NCBI GenBank assembly: GCA_963665125.2
Contig: CAXXUK010000001.1
Span: forward strand, 3,200,001 to 3,264,000
Length of the DNA stretch: 64,000 nt
Direction: 5' to 3'
Source of the DNA: an uncultured Desulfarculus sp.
GTDB lineage: Bacteria > Desulfobacterota > Desulfarculia > Desulfarculales > Desulfarculaceae
Part shown: positions 9,672 through 20,190 of the stretch, in pieces
Numbering within the stretch: position 1 is the stretch's first letter
Layout of the letters: every line of letters starts with the position of its first letter
Translations under genes and position numbers: made by a program
Notes under the pieces: generated by a model
Told to the model about the DNA's origin: nothing
The model's database searches: none
The model's input: only the letters and a program-made list of their open reading frames with translations

Positions 9672-12011
9672 TTAATAACTTTTTACGTTGACCTTGCCCA
9701 GGCAGTTGCCGTTGGTGGCGTTGCCGCACTGGCCCGATCCGCTGGCCGAGGTGCAGAAATGGCTGTCCGCGCCCATGGGGCTGGTGTAGCCCACCAACTC
9801 GCCGCCGGATAGCCAGCGGCCCAGATTGGTCTCGGGCACCCAGTCGAGATCGATGAACATGTCGGCGCAGTTGTATTTCATGATGCAGTCATTGTCGCCG
9901 GAGTGCTGGCCGCCCAGGCAGGCGATCCAGACCTCTTTGCCGTTTACATTGCGGCGGCCCTCGGTGTCGCCGTGGTGGGGCAGGCTCATCTGGTGGCCGA
10001 TCTCGTGGGCCAGGACTCCGGCCGAGTTCGCGCCGGTCTCGGACAGGGCGAAATCCAACAGCGAGCCGGTGCTGCCCCGCATTATCACCGTGTTATGATC
10101 CCGGGTGGGCGGGCCGATGGTGGTGAACCCGGCCACGTGGTCTTCCATGCTCACGCCGGGGCACTGGTTCAGATCCATGACCACGATGATGTACTGGTCG
10201 TCGTTTTTGTGTTCGCCGTCGTCGTAGTTTATGCAGTCGTACTTGAACTCATTGCCCGCCAGGCGCCACAGGCTTATCTCCTGCTCGCGGAACATGTTCT
10301 CCACCTGGCGCAGGTCGGAATTGTAGTTTCCCGTGTAGTCATAGGTAAACACATCGACATACACCGGCGACATGCGGTGGTGGTTGCCCTTGGCGTAGAT
10401 GCCCCGGTATTCCTCGAAAACCGTCACCCCGTCGCCCCGGTGGGGGTTGCCCATGAGGCTGTCGGCGTCGTCGTCCGGGTTGCCCACGCCCCATTGGCTT
10501 TCCCAGGTGTCTTGCAGGCCGTCGTGGTCCTTGTCCAGGGGCAGCATAAGGCTATAGCCGTCGCTGTCGGCCGTGTCGCCCTTGGCCATGGCGTCGTACC
10601 AAAGCCCGGCCACCTTGACATAGGCCCGCAGCTTGGCCGAGGCCGCGCCGTCCATGACCCGCAGCTTGACCGTGCAGGTGTCGCCGCTGATCTGGTCGGT
10701 CTCGATGGACTGGCTCATGGTGTATTGCAGGTTCTCACTGACAGCGTCATCGCCCATGGTCCAGCCGTCGTTGTCCGCATCCGTGAAATACATGTCCGGC
10801 AGGCTGTCGATGGGGCACGTATTATAGTGCGTGTAATTGCGCATCACCGGGACCTGGGCGCCGCCGCTGGGGAAGAACACCTCCCAGGGCCAGGTCTCGC
10901 TCTTGACCTTTAGGGTGCAGTCCTTGCACTCGTCGCCGCGCACGTGATTGCCGCCGTTGGTGGCCACGCCCTTGTGCTGCGAGGTGTCGCTGAGCACGAA
11001 TTTGACGGCCTCCACCTCGTCGGGGCCCGGGTCCTTGAGGGTAACCTTGTATTCCCGGATCTCGCCCGGCGTGGGCATCCAGATTTTTTCCTTGTCATCC
11101 ACCGGCTCAAGCTCGGCCTCGATCTGCTTTTGGGCGGCCATGGAAAACTTGTAGCGGATGGTGTAGCTGGTGTCGGACAAGGTCTGTTGAAAAGACTGGC
11201 AGCCGTATTCCTTGGTAGTGGTGCCGCTGAAGCTCAGGGACGGGTCCTTGAGGGAAAATTCCTTGGCAATGGGAAAATAGTCGGCCAAAACCCAGGTCAA
11301 CTTGGCCAGCCCCAGGGAGACGTGGGGCGTCTTGGGGCTCTGGCCAAAGAATACCTTGACCTTCTCCGGCCGAGAGGCAGGAACGCCCCAACTGCGGGTC
11401 AGGACGCCTTCAAATATCGCATAGGCGTCCACAAGGCAATAGGCCTCTCCGCCTTCGGCCTGTTTGCTGACCACATGGATGCCGGTTCGCACCTTGTCGC
11501 CGTGGAATTTACTGCGGTTGGAATACATCCATTGGGGTATTTCCGGGCCGATTGATTGCAGGTTGGGCGGCGGCGGAATGATGAAGTTTTCCGAAAGATG
11601 GGCCGTGATGGTGCTTACCTGGTCGCCGGTTTCATCCCTGCAATGGCGTTTTGTGCTAACGGTTATGTTAGCCGCGAACGATTTGGGAAGTATTTCGTAT
11701 ATATCCTGGTACTTGGATTGCGGGTGATAGGTGATGATGCCCTGCTTGGCCATGCTCAGGGTTAGAATGGGCCGGATGTAAAAACCGTTATAGGTCAGGT
11801 GCATCCTGATCACCGACCCGGCGTTGCCCTCGGCCACCAACCACAGGTAGCCCTTGTAGTCGTCATAAACGACAACGTGTTCGGTGCTGGCGTCGTCGAT
11901 CATCTTTTGAATATTGGCGGGCAACTTCGGTTGTTGGGCCGCCCTTGCCGGGATCAACAAAACCAACAGCATCAGGGGCACGACAAGCAACAGGGGTGTT
12001 TTGCGCGTCAC
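9672..12011 (-). CDS. Large secreted Cys-rich metzincin-like protein, paralog B
   Basis: GTG start with GGAGG RBS; signal peptide; HEIGHQMSLPH; CIMKY; collinear with paralog A. Confidence 0.75.
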   Translation of the reverse strand: MTRKTPLLLVVPLMLLVLLIPARAAQQPKLPANIQKMIDDASTEHVVVYDDYKGYLWLVAEGNAGSVIRMHLTYNGFYIRPILTLSMAKQGIITYHPQSKYQDIYEILPKSFAANITVSTKRHCRDETGDQVSTITAHLSENFIIPPPPNLQSIGPEIPQWMYSNRSKFHGDKVRTGIHVVSKQAEGGEAYCLVDAYAIFEGVLTRSWGVPASRPEKVKVFFGQSPKTPHVSLGLAKLTWVLADYFPIAKEFSLKDPSLSFSGTTTKEYGCQSFQQTLSDTSYTIRYKFSMAAQKQIEAELEPVDDKEKIWMPTPGEIREYKVTLKDPGPDEVEAVKFVLSDTSQHKGVATNGGNHVRGDECKDCTLKVKSETWPWEVFFPSGGAQVPVMRNYTHYNTCPIDSLPDMYFTDADNDGWTMGDDAVSENLQYTMSQSIETDQISGDTCTVKLRVMDGAASAKLRAYVKVAGLWYDAMAKGDTADSDGYSLMLPLDKDHDGLQDTWESQWGVGNPDDDADSLMGNPHRGDGVTVFEEYRGIYAKGNHHRMSPVYVDVFTYDYTGNYNSDLRQVENMFREQEISLWRLAGNEFKYDCINYDDGEHKNDDQYIIVVMDLNQCPGVSMEDHVAGFTTIGPPTRDHNTVIMRGSTGSLLDFALSETGANSAGVLAHEIGHQMSLPHHGDTEGRRNVNGKEVWIACLGGQHSGDNDCIMKYNCADMFIDLDWVPETNLGRWLSGGELVGYTSPMGADSHFCTSASGSGQCGNATNGNCLGKVNVKSY

Positions 12012-12164
12012 TATGGCCTCCGAAAGGCGGTGGTTTGCGGGGCGGCTAAGGATAATGGTAGCCCAATCCTGCCCGTTGAGGCAATCAACCAAGGCTAAAG
12101 CCAATGACGCAGCAAGCAAAACATTATTTCGTTTTATTTTTTCGGGAAAGCCAAGGGGGGATGT

Positions 12165-12563
12165 TCAGGCTACAAGCCATTCCAGAGCTTCATCCTCATT
12201 ATCAAAGACCTGGACCTCAAACGGTAAATCGGCCGCCAGAGACTGGTACATACGGCTGACACCGAACACCGCCTCGGTATCCACCACGATGGCTGTTTTC
12301 AATTGCCACCTTTTCAAGCCGGGATCATTGAGAGTTCGGACAAACCGGCTAAGCTTGTCGAAATCGATATCCATGGTGGATTCGACGTCTCTTATGTCCC
12401 ACACATTGTTAAGAAATCTTTTATTATCGGTCAGGAGTTCTTTTTCGAGGGCATCCCTAAGGATTTCAATGGTCAGAGGCACCCTGGCAAAACGGATGTA
12501 AACATATTTTTGCCGGTCTTCTATGTCAAAGTTGTGATCTCTCAAAACAAGCCTCTGTTGCAA
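12165..12563 (-). CDS. STAS/SpoIIAA-like small protein
   Basis: WDIR...KTAIVV...FGVSRMY...QVFDNEDEALEWL pattern. Confidence 0.7.
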   Translation of the reverse strand: MQQRLVLRDHNFDIEDRQKYVYIRFARVPLTIEILRDALEKELLTDNKRFLNNVWDIRDVESTMDIDFDKLSRFVRTLNDPGLKRWQLKTAIVVDTEAVFGVSRMYQSLAADLPFEVQVFDNEDEALEWLVA

Positions 12564-12617
12564 TGTTGATTTTTAGTGCAACAGCTACAGCAATTAAGAA
12601 AGGCTACTACATAAATT

Positions 12618-13019
12618 CTACTCCCTTTCACCGCCGGACAGCCACTGTTCAGCTTGCCGGATATCGCTAAAAATTTCGACTTCCATGGGTAGATCAACGG
12701 CCAGGGACTTATACATCCGGGCCAAACCGTATCGAAAGTCTTCACCGACCAGAATCGCCGTCTTGCGGTGCCACTTTCCCTCCCTGACGGCTCTTGCCTG
12801 GTCCACCACCATCTTGATACCCTGGTAATTCAAGTCATCACTGTCGGCCGCCAAGCGCAGATCCCAGAGATCATCAAGATTGCGGCCCTTATCAATCCTC
12901 ATCTGTTCCTGCATCATCTCGGAAACAAGTTTTACGGTCAGCGGTGTATTTTCGGCGCATCTCACAAGTAAATAGGTCTTCCGATCCTCAATTTCAAAAG
13001 AGGCGACTTGCGTTTGCAT
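12618..13019 (-). CDS. STAS/SpoIIAA-like small protein (paralog)
   Basis: WDLR...KTAILV...YGLARMY...EIFSDIRQAEQWL pattern. Confidence 0.7.
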   Translation of the reverse strand: MQTQVASFEIEDRKTYLLVRCAENTPLTVKLVSEMMQEQMRIDKGRNLDDLWDLRLAADSDDLNYQGIKMVVDQARAVREGKWHRKTAILVGEDFRYGLARMYKSLAVDLPMEVEIFSDIRQAEQWLSGGERE

Positions 13020-13027
13020 AACAGATC

Positions 13028-15310
13028 CTATCGAGATTTAACACAGTTGCGCCCGGCTCTCTTTGCCTCATACAAGGCCATATCCGCCCTCTTCAAGAGT
13101 TCGGCAATTGTTATATTCGTTTCATCTTGGCCCAAGGAGGCCTGACCGACGCTTACTGTGCAGTTTATCATGCCGCTACGTGTGGGGACTTCATTATCAG
13201 CCAAAGCCCTGCGCAGTCTCTCGGCAGTGGCCAAAGCCGTCTCAGGGTCGGTTTCTATCAACAGAACGCCAAACTCCTCGCCACCCAGCCTGCCGAATAT
13301 ATCCGTTTCCCGGAGGTTGGACAGGCAGGTCTTGACCAATGCCCTGAGCACCTCGTCACCGGCGTCATGGCCGAACGTATCGTTGACGGCCTTGAATCGG
13401 TCGATATCCAATAGCAGTATGCTCAGCGGCGACCCGTACCTCTTGCTTCTGGCCAGCTCCTGGGACGACAGGTCCATGAATTTGCGGCGGTTGTTGGCCC
13501 CGGTCAGAGAGTCCGTCGTGGCCAGTTCCCGGAGCTGGCGTTCCACCCGCTTTGATTCCGATATGTCCCGCACCGATGCCTGCAATATGCGCTGACCGTC
13601 AATGACCATCGGCGTCAGCCTGACGGCGGCGTAAAATTCTTCTCCGCCGGCCCTTTTGTGGACCCATTCGAACTCATGGCCGCCCTTGCGCATGGCCAAA
13701 TCCATCATCCAGCGGGCCTCGGCCGCCGAATTTTCGCCGTTGGGCTGTCTATCCGGAGACAAATCGCCGGGAAACAGGCCGATGAATTGATCTTCGCTGT
13801 CCAGTTCGAACATCCGAAGCACGGCCTGGTTGGCGCTGATATAGCCGATGTCCTCGCGTAGGAGCATGACCGCGTCGCTGGAAGACTCGAACAACGTGCG
13901 ATACCGGATTTCACGGTCCTTGAGGGCCTTTTCGGCCTCTTTGCGTTTGGAAATATCGTTCCAACTTGAATGCAGAAGGATCTTGCCCCGGTGGGAGATC
14001 CTGGTCATCAACACCTCCACCGGAACTTCCCTGCCGTCCGGGCTTTGATGAAGCCATTCGAAGCGGTGGCTGCCGCGCTTGAGAACAATGGCCAGATGAT
14101 CGAGGGCCTGATCCTTTGACGGCGTCCCGCCGGGCTGGTTTGCGGAAGACAATTCCCAGAGACGCTTGCCGACCACCTGGTGTTTGTCCTGTAGACCCAG
14201 CATTTCCACGGCGGCCTGGTTGCAATCAACAAAGCACTCGCCTTCCATCAGGAAATTGGCGGTGGGACTGTCTTGGAACAGGTTGCGGAAACGCTCTTCG
14301 TTCCAGCGGAGTTCGTCCTCCATTATCTTTCGTCTGGTAATATCACGGTAAATGGCGACTATCTCGCCGGAAGGCAGCTTATAGACGTAGTTGTCCCGCC
14401 AGCCGTTGATGCGTTCATCACTGTAAAATGCCGCCGGATACCGCATCGGTTCGCCGGTTAGCCAGACCTGCCTTAAAACCTGGGCCAAACCGAATTCATC
14501 AATGGCGGGAAACAGGTTGCTTATGCTTTGGCCCAGGACCGCTTCGCGGTGCAGGCCCTCTATGCTTTCGGCCGCGTTGTTGAATTCGGTTATTACAAAG
14601 TCCTCACCCTGCCCGACGGCCCGGCAGACGATGACGCCGGAACTCATTTGCTCGAATATGCCCAGGTAGCGCGCATTGTTGAATTCCAACTCAAACTGCA
14701 TCTGGCGCAGGCGTTTGTTGGCCGCGGTAAGCTCTTGATTACCGCTGACGGCCTTGCCGTGCTCCCGGTTGTAGCCGTGCACGACGATTGCCACGAGCAC
14801 GATGAGGATAATGGCCAGGCTGAGCAATGCGGCTAGTTCTTCTTCCACATGCAAGGCTGGGTTGCCGTAATGGCGTACAATGCCCGGAAACCGCGTCTCC
14901 ACGACAAATAGCGCAATTATCAGCAGCCCCATCAATGCCAGGGCCACGGCCTTCTGGCGGCCCGGCATGATCACTGAAATAGCAATTGAAAGAGCCAAGG
15001 CGATCTGGGGAAGCACACCGGCGAACCCGCCTCCCCAATACCAGTCGTAAAGAACCACAAAATAGCAAAGCAGGGCAAAGGGCCAATTCAGGACACGGTG
15101 TTGCCTGTAAAACCGGCCCAAGACGTAAAGGATGGCGAACGCCGCGGCCAGAGACAGGGTAAAACCATAAAAAACCATGCCCATTGACAAGGCGTATTCG
15201 GTGACCGCGTTTAACAAAGCCGCCACCGCGACGCATAGGGCCGCCGCGTTGAAAAAGCGGTGCCTTAGCGAAAAAACTTCATCGCTGCCAAGGATATGGT
15301 CAAGGATCAT
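13028..15310 (-). CDS. Membrane-bound multi-PAS diguanylate cyclase
   Basis: N-terminal TM helices, 3 PAS-like domains, DIDRFKAVND, RETD I-site, GGEEF. Confidence 0.92.
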   Translation of the reverse strand: MILDHILGSDEVFSLRHRFFNAAALCVAVAALLNAVTEYALSMGMVFYGFTLSLAAAFAILYVLGRFYRQHRVLNWPFALLCYFVVLYDWYWGGGFAGVLPQIALALSIAISVIMPGRQKAVALALMGLLIIALFVVETRFPGIVRHYGNPALHVEEELAALLSLAIILIVLVAIVVHGYNREHGKAVSGNQELTAANKRLRQMQFELEFNNARYLGIFEQMSSGVIVCRAVGQGEDFVITEFNNAAESIEGLHREAVLGQSISNLFPAIDEFGLAQVLRQVWLTGEPMRYPAAFYSDERINGWRDNYVYKLPSGEIVAIYRDITRRKIMEDELRWNEERFRNLFQDSPTANFLMEGECFVDCNQAAVEMLGLQDKHQVVGKRLWELSSANQPGGTPSKDQALDHLAIVLKRGSHRFEWLHQSPDGREVPVEVLMTRISHRGKILLHSSWNDISKRKEAEKALKDREIRYRTLFESSSDAVMLLREDIGYISANQAVLRMFELDSEDQFIGLFPGDLSPDRQPNGENSAAEARWMMDLAMRKGGHEFEWVHKRAGGEEFYAAVRLTPMVIDGQRILQASVRDISESKRVERQLRELATTDSLTGANNRRKFMDLSSQELARSKRYGSPLSILLLDIDRFKAVNDTFGHDAGDEVLRALVKTCLSNLRETDIFGRLGGEEFGVLLIETDPETALATAERLRRALADNEVPTRSGMINCTVSVGQASLGQDETNITIAELLKRADMALYEAKRAGRNCVKSR

Positions 15311-15643
15311 CAGGCCATCACTTCGCTGGTTGTGATTTGCCCTATCAATGAAGACCTATACCAGGTGCACGGCTTGTTATACCAATTGTCTTTATAGGTG
15401 TTACAACAGGAGCATAGCGCATGAGCGCTGAATTTGCATTATCATGTTGTGCCATTTATGACATGTGGTCAATCCCGTCCGGCGCCCACGGGAATGCAGC
15501 AGCAAGATGACGTATGGCGGCAACAAGCCTTCCGGCACGGACATGCCGGAGGGCAATTGTTTGATAATAACAATCAGATCATCACGTAAGGCGCGCTGGC
15601 CGGCTCCGAACAGCGCAAACGATTCACCGTCGAAAGCGTAAGC

Positions 15644-18600
15644 TCAGGCCTTATCAATTGCCTGTCTGATGCGCGTCAGAAGTTCCTCTCCGCGGAAAGG
15701 CTTGCTGATAAAACCCACTGCCCCAGCATCTATGGTGTCTTTGGCCGTTGCATTTGCCGAATAGCCGCTGGCGATGATCACCTTTGCCTCGGGGTTCAAC
15801 TCCAACAAGCGCACTAGGCACTTGTGGCCGCCCATGCCGGGCATGCTCAGATCCAATATGGTCAAGTCGATGGCAGAAGGGTTTTGGGCGTAAATCTCAA
15901 GCGCCTCCTCGCCGCTTTTTGCCGTCAGCACCTGATAGCCCGCGTCACCAAGCATGCTGCGGCCCAGTTTGCGCAAAGCCTGCTCGTCATCCACGAACAA
16001 AATGGTCTCATTGCCTGCGAGTGTCGATACCGGTTCGGCCTGTTCGGCCATGGGCTCGGCGGGCGTCGGGGTCTCCGTGGCCTCAGCGGCCTCAGCGGCC
16101 TCCGGGGCTTCGCCGTCGGCTGGCAGGTATATTTTAAAGATAGTGCCGCGGCCCATTTCCGAATAACAATGGATGTGTCCGCCATGTTCCTTGACAATGC
16201 CGAACACCGTTGAAAGGCCCAGCCCCGTGCCCTTGCCCACCTCCTTGGTGGTAAAAAAGGGATCAAATACCTGCTGCCTGGTCTGTTCGTCCATGCCGCA
16301 GCCGGTGTCCGAGACCTGCAACAACACGTAATGCCCCGGTGATATCTCCAGATGACGGCGGCAGTACTCCGGGTCCAAAAATACCTCGCTGGTTTCAACA
16401 ATCAATTTGCCGCCCTCGGGCATGGCGTCGGCGGCGTTGGTGGCCAGGTTTAACAACACCTGCTCAATCTGGGTGGCGTCGGCTTTGATCTGGGGCAGTT
16501 CTTCGTCCAAAATGGTTTTCAAGTCGATCATCTTGGGCAATGTCCGATCAAGAATCCTTGCGCAGTGGTCAATCTCCTGGTTGAGGTCTATGGCTTTTAG
16601 ATCGACTTCAACCTTCCGGCTGAAGGTAAGGATCTGCTGGACCAACTCCTTGGCCCTCTCCGAGGCCCGGAGGATCTCCGACACTTCATTGGCGCAGAGT
16701 TTGTCTTCCTTGAGCATGGACAGGGCCAACTCGGAGTAGCCCATTATAGTGGCCAGGATATTATTGAAATCATGGGCCACGCCGCCGGCCAAGGTGCCGA
16801 TGGCCTGCATTTTCTTGGACTGGCGCAACTGAAGCTCCAACTCGGCCTTTTCGTCCTCGGCCCTCTTTTTATCGGTGATATCCTCCACCACGCCCACGGC
16901 ATACTTTGGCTCGCCGTTGTTGTCGCGCACCATCGACGCCGTCACGTTGACCCAAATAACCGATCCGTCCTTGCGCAGATTGCGGTCCTGGAGGGCGTAG
17001 CTGGAAATTTTTCCGGTCAGCAGTTGTCCGGCGAACCCCATGGACATGTCCCGGTCATCGGGATGAATTAATTCAAATAGTTGCCGGCCTATGAGCTCAT
17101 TTTTTTCATAGCCCCACATCTCGCAAAGCCTCTTGTTGGCCCTGATGATCCTGCCATCCGGGTCGACATGGTTGATACCAACGGCCGCCTGCTCGAATAT
17201 CGCCTCAAACTGTTCCCTTGACTCCTCGGCGGCGGCATTGGCCAGTTTTCTATCCGTGATATCCAGGGCAAAGCCGTCCAAATAGGCAAATTCGCCGTTT
17301 TCATCTCTAACCACCTTGGTGAAGGTGGTCATCCACATTTGGGAGCCGTCTCTTCGGCGGCAGTGAAGTTCATAGTCCACCGCGCCGTTATGCCGGTCCA
17401 AATGTTCGATGAACCGGAGACGATCCTGGGGGTCCATGTACAGTGTGGATATATCCTTCACCTCACGGACCATCTGTTCGGGTGATTCAAAACCCATCAT
17501 GTTGGCAAAGGCCGGGTTGACCATCCTGTAACGCCCCCCGGGCAGGGACTGGTAGATGCCCAGCGGGGAATTGTCGACAATATTTCGGTAGGTTTCCTCG
17601 CTTTTGGCCAGGGCCCTCACCGCTTCCACGCGCACGGTGACATCCCGGAGTTGGGCGATGATGCATTTTTCGCCGCCATAGTCCAGCAACTTGGCCGACA
17701 CCGTGGCATAATAGGGCTCGCCGTTTTTCCGCCGCAAAAGCATATCCATATTCAAGATGTCGCCGCCGGATTCCAGGATTTTCAGCATCCTTTGCCTGTC
17801 GGCCAGGTCATGGAATATATCGAGATTAAAAACGCTTTTGCCCAATATCTCGCGGCCAAGCCAGCCTGTTTGGCGAGTAAATCCATCATTAATGAATAAG
17901 TATTGTCCGTCGGAAAACCTGGTGATGCTGATGGCGTCACTGATGCTTTCAAAGGTCTTGCGGTACCTTTCCTCGCTGTCCCTGAGGGAGTCTTCGGTCT
18001 TTTTACGGGCCGTCACGTCGCGGCCCACGATGATCATGCCCTTATTTTGCCCATCAGGGTGGTATGTCGGCACCTTGATAAACTCGATAACCTTGGGCGG
18101 GCCGTTCATGACCTGGATCTGTTCCTCGAATCTTAGCGGGCCGCCGGATCGCCAGGCCTCCAAATCCGACGCATCGCAGGCCTCCAACGCCTCTCTAAAA
18201 AAAGGGCTGTAACTGATCAGATCCAAATCCGTCTTGCCCCTGTAGTCCACATCGGATATCAAAAACAGATCGCGTATGAACTTATTTGCTTCCTGCCAAC
18301 GGCCCTCGCCATCCTTGAAGCACACGATGTCCGGCATGGCGTTTATGAGCGTGCGCAGGCGGAACTCGTCCTCCTTGGCCTTTTCCTCGGCGGCCTTACG
18401 GGCCTGAACCTCCTTGGTCAACCGCTTGTTCCAAGTCAACACCATGACCAGCACCAACACCACGACCAGCACCACTATGATGGAAACCTCGCTGATCAGC
18501 CCCCAGTCCATGCCTTGTTCATAGCGAATGGTAATCCATTTGCCTCGGATGCGGCTATGTTCCTCGGGCGTGACGGAAGCGACGACCTTGGACATGATGT

Positions 18601-19363
18601 CCCGTAGAACCGGCATATCCTTGCGCACGCCCACGGTCAATTCGTCACCAATAACGGATGCGGGAGCCGCAACCTTTAAATTCAACAGCCCCATCTTCTG
18701 GATGTAATGACTGGCCACCGCCAGGTTGCAGACAAATGCATCCGTCCGGCCTACACTCACCGAAGTGAAAGCCGCAACAAAATCTTTTTCAAATACAAAG
18801 TTGAAATTCGGATAGTCCTGCCTGAGCAGGCCATAGGTGGAAAGCTCTTTGATCACGGCGATGCGTTTTCCGGCCAGATCCTTTAATCCGGAGACGTGCC
18901 CGAAATCATTGCGGGTGATTATCACCAGGGGAAAAACCAGATATGGTTTTGTATAAATCAGAAAGTCGGCCCGGTCCGGCGTTTCGGATACACAGGGGAA
19001 AAGGTCTATCTCCCCCCGGCGCCCCAGTTCAAGGGCCTCTTTGAAGCTTACGCCCAACACCGGCGACATGGTCACGCCAAGGCGCTTTTCAAAAAGCCTG
19101 ACATAGTCGGCAACCATGCCGGCAAACTCGGGTTTGCCATCATCTTGTTCCACAAACATAATGGGATAAAAACGGACGCCCACCCCAAGCCGCAAAACGT
19201 TGTGGCGGCCGAGCCACTCCAGTTGGGCATCCGTCAGGTTGATTTGGGCCCAGTCGCCGGCTTGAGTGAAGTCGACATCTTCCGCATGACAGTCGGCACT
19301 CAACGCGGCGGCCAGCAGGACAATCACCAAAAGACACTTCAAGGGGCTGGGCGGTTTGAACAA
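15644..19363 (-). CDS. Hybrid sensor histidine kinase (periplasmic solute-binding domain, 4 PAS, HisKA, HATPase, REC)
   Basis: AHDFNN H-box, NLATNAADAM, DTGCGM, FFTTK, GTGLGL, receiver FVDDE/DLSMP/KP. Confidence 0.93.
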   Translation of the reverse strand: MFKPPSPLKCLLVIVLLAAALSADCHAEDVDFTQAGDWAQINLTDAQLEWLGRHNVLRLGVGVRFYPIMFVEQDDGKPEFAGMVADYVRLFEKRLGVTMSPVLGVSFKEALELGRRGEIDLFPCVSETPDRADFLIYTKPYLVFPLVIITRNDFGHVSGLKDLAGKRIAVIKELSTYGLLRQDYPNFNFVFEKDFVAAFTSVSVGRTDAFVCNLAVASHYIQKMGLLNLKVAAPASVIGDELTVGVRKDMPVLRDIMSKVVASVTPEEHSRIRGKWITIRYEQGMDWGLISEVSIIVVLVVVLVLVMVLTWNKRLTKEVQARKAAEEKAKEDEFRLRTLINAMPDIVCFKDGEGRWQEANKFIRDLFLISDVDYRGKTDLDLISYSPFFREALEACDASDLEAWRSGGPLRFEEQIQVMNGPPKVIEFIKVPTYHPDGQNKGMIIVGRDVTARKKTEDSLRDSEERYRKTFESISDAISITRFSDGQYLFINDGFTRQTGWLGREILGKSVFNLDIFHDLADRQRMLKILESGGDILNMDMLLRRKNGEPYYATVSAKLLDYGGEKCIIAQLRDVTVRVEAVRALAKSEETYRNIVDNSPLGIYQSLPGGRYRMVNPAFANMMGFESPEQMVREVKDISTLYMDPQDRLRFIEHLDRHNGAVDYELHCRRRDGSQMWMTTFTKVVRDENGEFAYLDGFALDITDRKLANAAAEESREQFEAIFEQAAVGINHVDPDGRIIRANKRLCEMWGYEKNELIGRQLFELIHPDDRDMSMGFAGQLLTGKISSYALQDRNLRKDGSVIWVNVTASMVRDNNGEPKYAVGVVEDITDKKRAEDEKAELELQLRQSKKMQAIGTLAGGVAHDFNNILATIMGYSELALSMLKEDKLCANEVSEILRASERAKELVQQILTFSRKVEVDLKAIDLNQEIDHCARILDRTLPKMIDLKTILDEELPQIKADATQIEQVLLNLATNAADAMPEGGKLIVETSEVFLDPEYCRRHLEISPGHYVLLQVSDTGCGMDEQTRQQVFDPFFTTKEVGKGTGLGLSTVFGIVKEHGGHIHCYSEMGRGTIFKIYLPADGEAPEAAEAAEATETPTPAEPMAEQAEPVSTLAGNETILFVDDEQALRKLGRSMLGDAGYQVLTAKSGEEALEIYAQNPSAIDLTILDLSMPGMGGHKCLVRLLELNPEAKVIIASGYSANATAKDTIDAGAVGFISKPFRGEELLTRIRQAIDKA

Positions 19364-19481
19364 TGGTGCCTCTTTCGCTGATTCAGTTTTTGTTTATTGC
19401 CTAATAAAATAGCACTTTCCGTTTTTAATTTGTAGGCAACTTACCCAAGTGCGGCCCGATGTCGAAAATTTTTCAGACGGG

Positions 19482-19508
19482 TGTAACCCTTCCCCCTGTC
19501 CGCATGAA
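19482..19508 (+). promoter_or_regulatory. Putative ECF-type promoter TGTAACC-N16-TGAA
   Basis: Upstream of the ECF operon; the same spacing recurs at 21696. Confidence 0.4.
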
Positions 19509-19595
19509 TTAATTACAGAACCACAACCGTTTGATCATCAAAGTCACGATGCGGTTTAAACGGACTTATATTTTAATTATAGATTACAGGGTACC

Positions 19596-20126
19596 ATGGC
19601 CGTCAAAGGACAAAACTATCGCCTGATCCGATCGGCAGCCGCCGGCATGGTTATTATTTTCCTGGCCTTTTTGTGCTTTGCCTGCGGCGGGCCATCCACA
19701 CGGGACAGGAGCTATTCCGGCGCGGGCCCGGGCAATGGCCGCGTAGGCCGGATGGCCATGCCTGAAAGGCCTTCGCCCGAAACCATGTCCCAGGATCTGC
19801 TGGACAGCCTTTCGGCCAAGGTTGAACTTGATGCGGCCACAAAGGAAAAAGTAAAAGAGATCCTGCTGGCCGACGCCCAGAAGCGCGGCCGGTTGATGGA
19901 GCAGGGCCGAGGCACGTCCCATGATGAGATGCACCAGGAGATGGTAAGCTATGACCAGCAGCTCAACAGTGAGTTGGCCCAAGTTCTAAGCGCCGATGAA
20001 ATGGAGGCCTTTGAACAGGTCGTAAAGGAGCAAAGGGATAAGATGAAAAACAACGCGCCCCCAAGGCCCCAGGGCACGGGCATGGGCGGCGGCATGCGTC
20101 CCGGCTCCATGGGCGGCGGCTGGTAG
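19596..20126 (+). CDS. Putative helical lipoprotein (Spy/CpxP-like)
   Basis: Hydrophobic signal ending CFAC; helical core; Gly/Met-rich tail. Confidence 0.6.
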   Translation: MAVKGQNYRLIRSAAAGMVIIFLAFLCFACGGPSTRDRSYSGAGPGNGRVGRMAMPERPSPETMSQDLLDSLSAKVELDAATKEKVKEILLADAQKRGRLMEQGRGTSHDEMHQEMVSYDQQLNSELAQVLSADEMEAFEQVVKEQRDKMKNNAPPRPQGTGMGGGMRPGSMGGGW

Positions 20127-20190
20127 GCAAACAGGCCATGGAAACGATGGAGTTGGCGCAGGGACGCGCAATTCGGCAAGGAGCCGGTGT

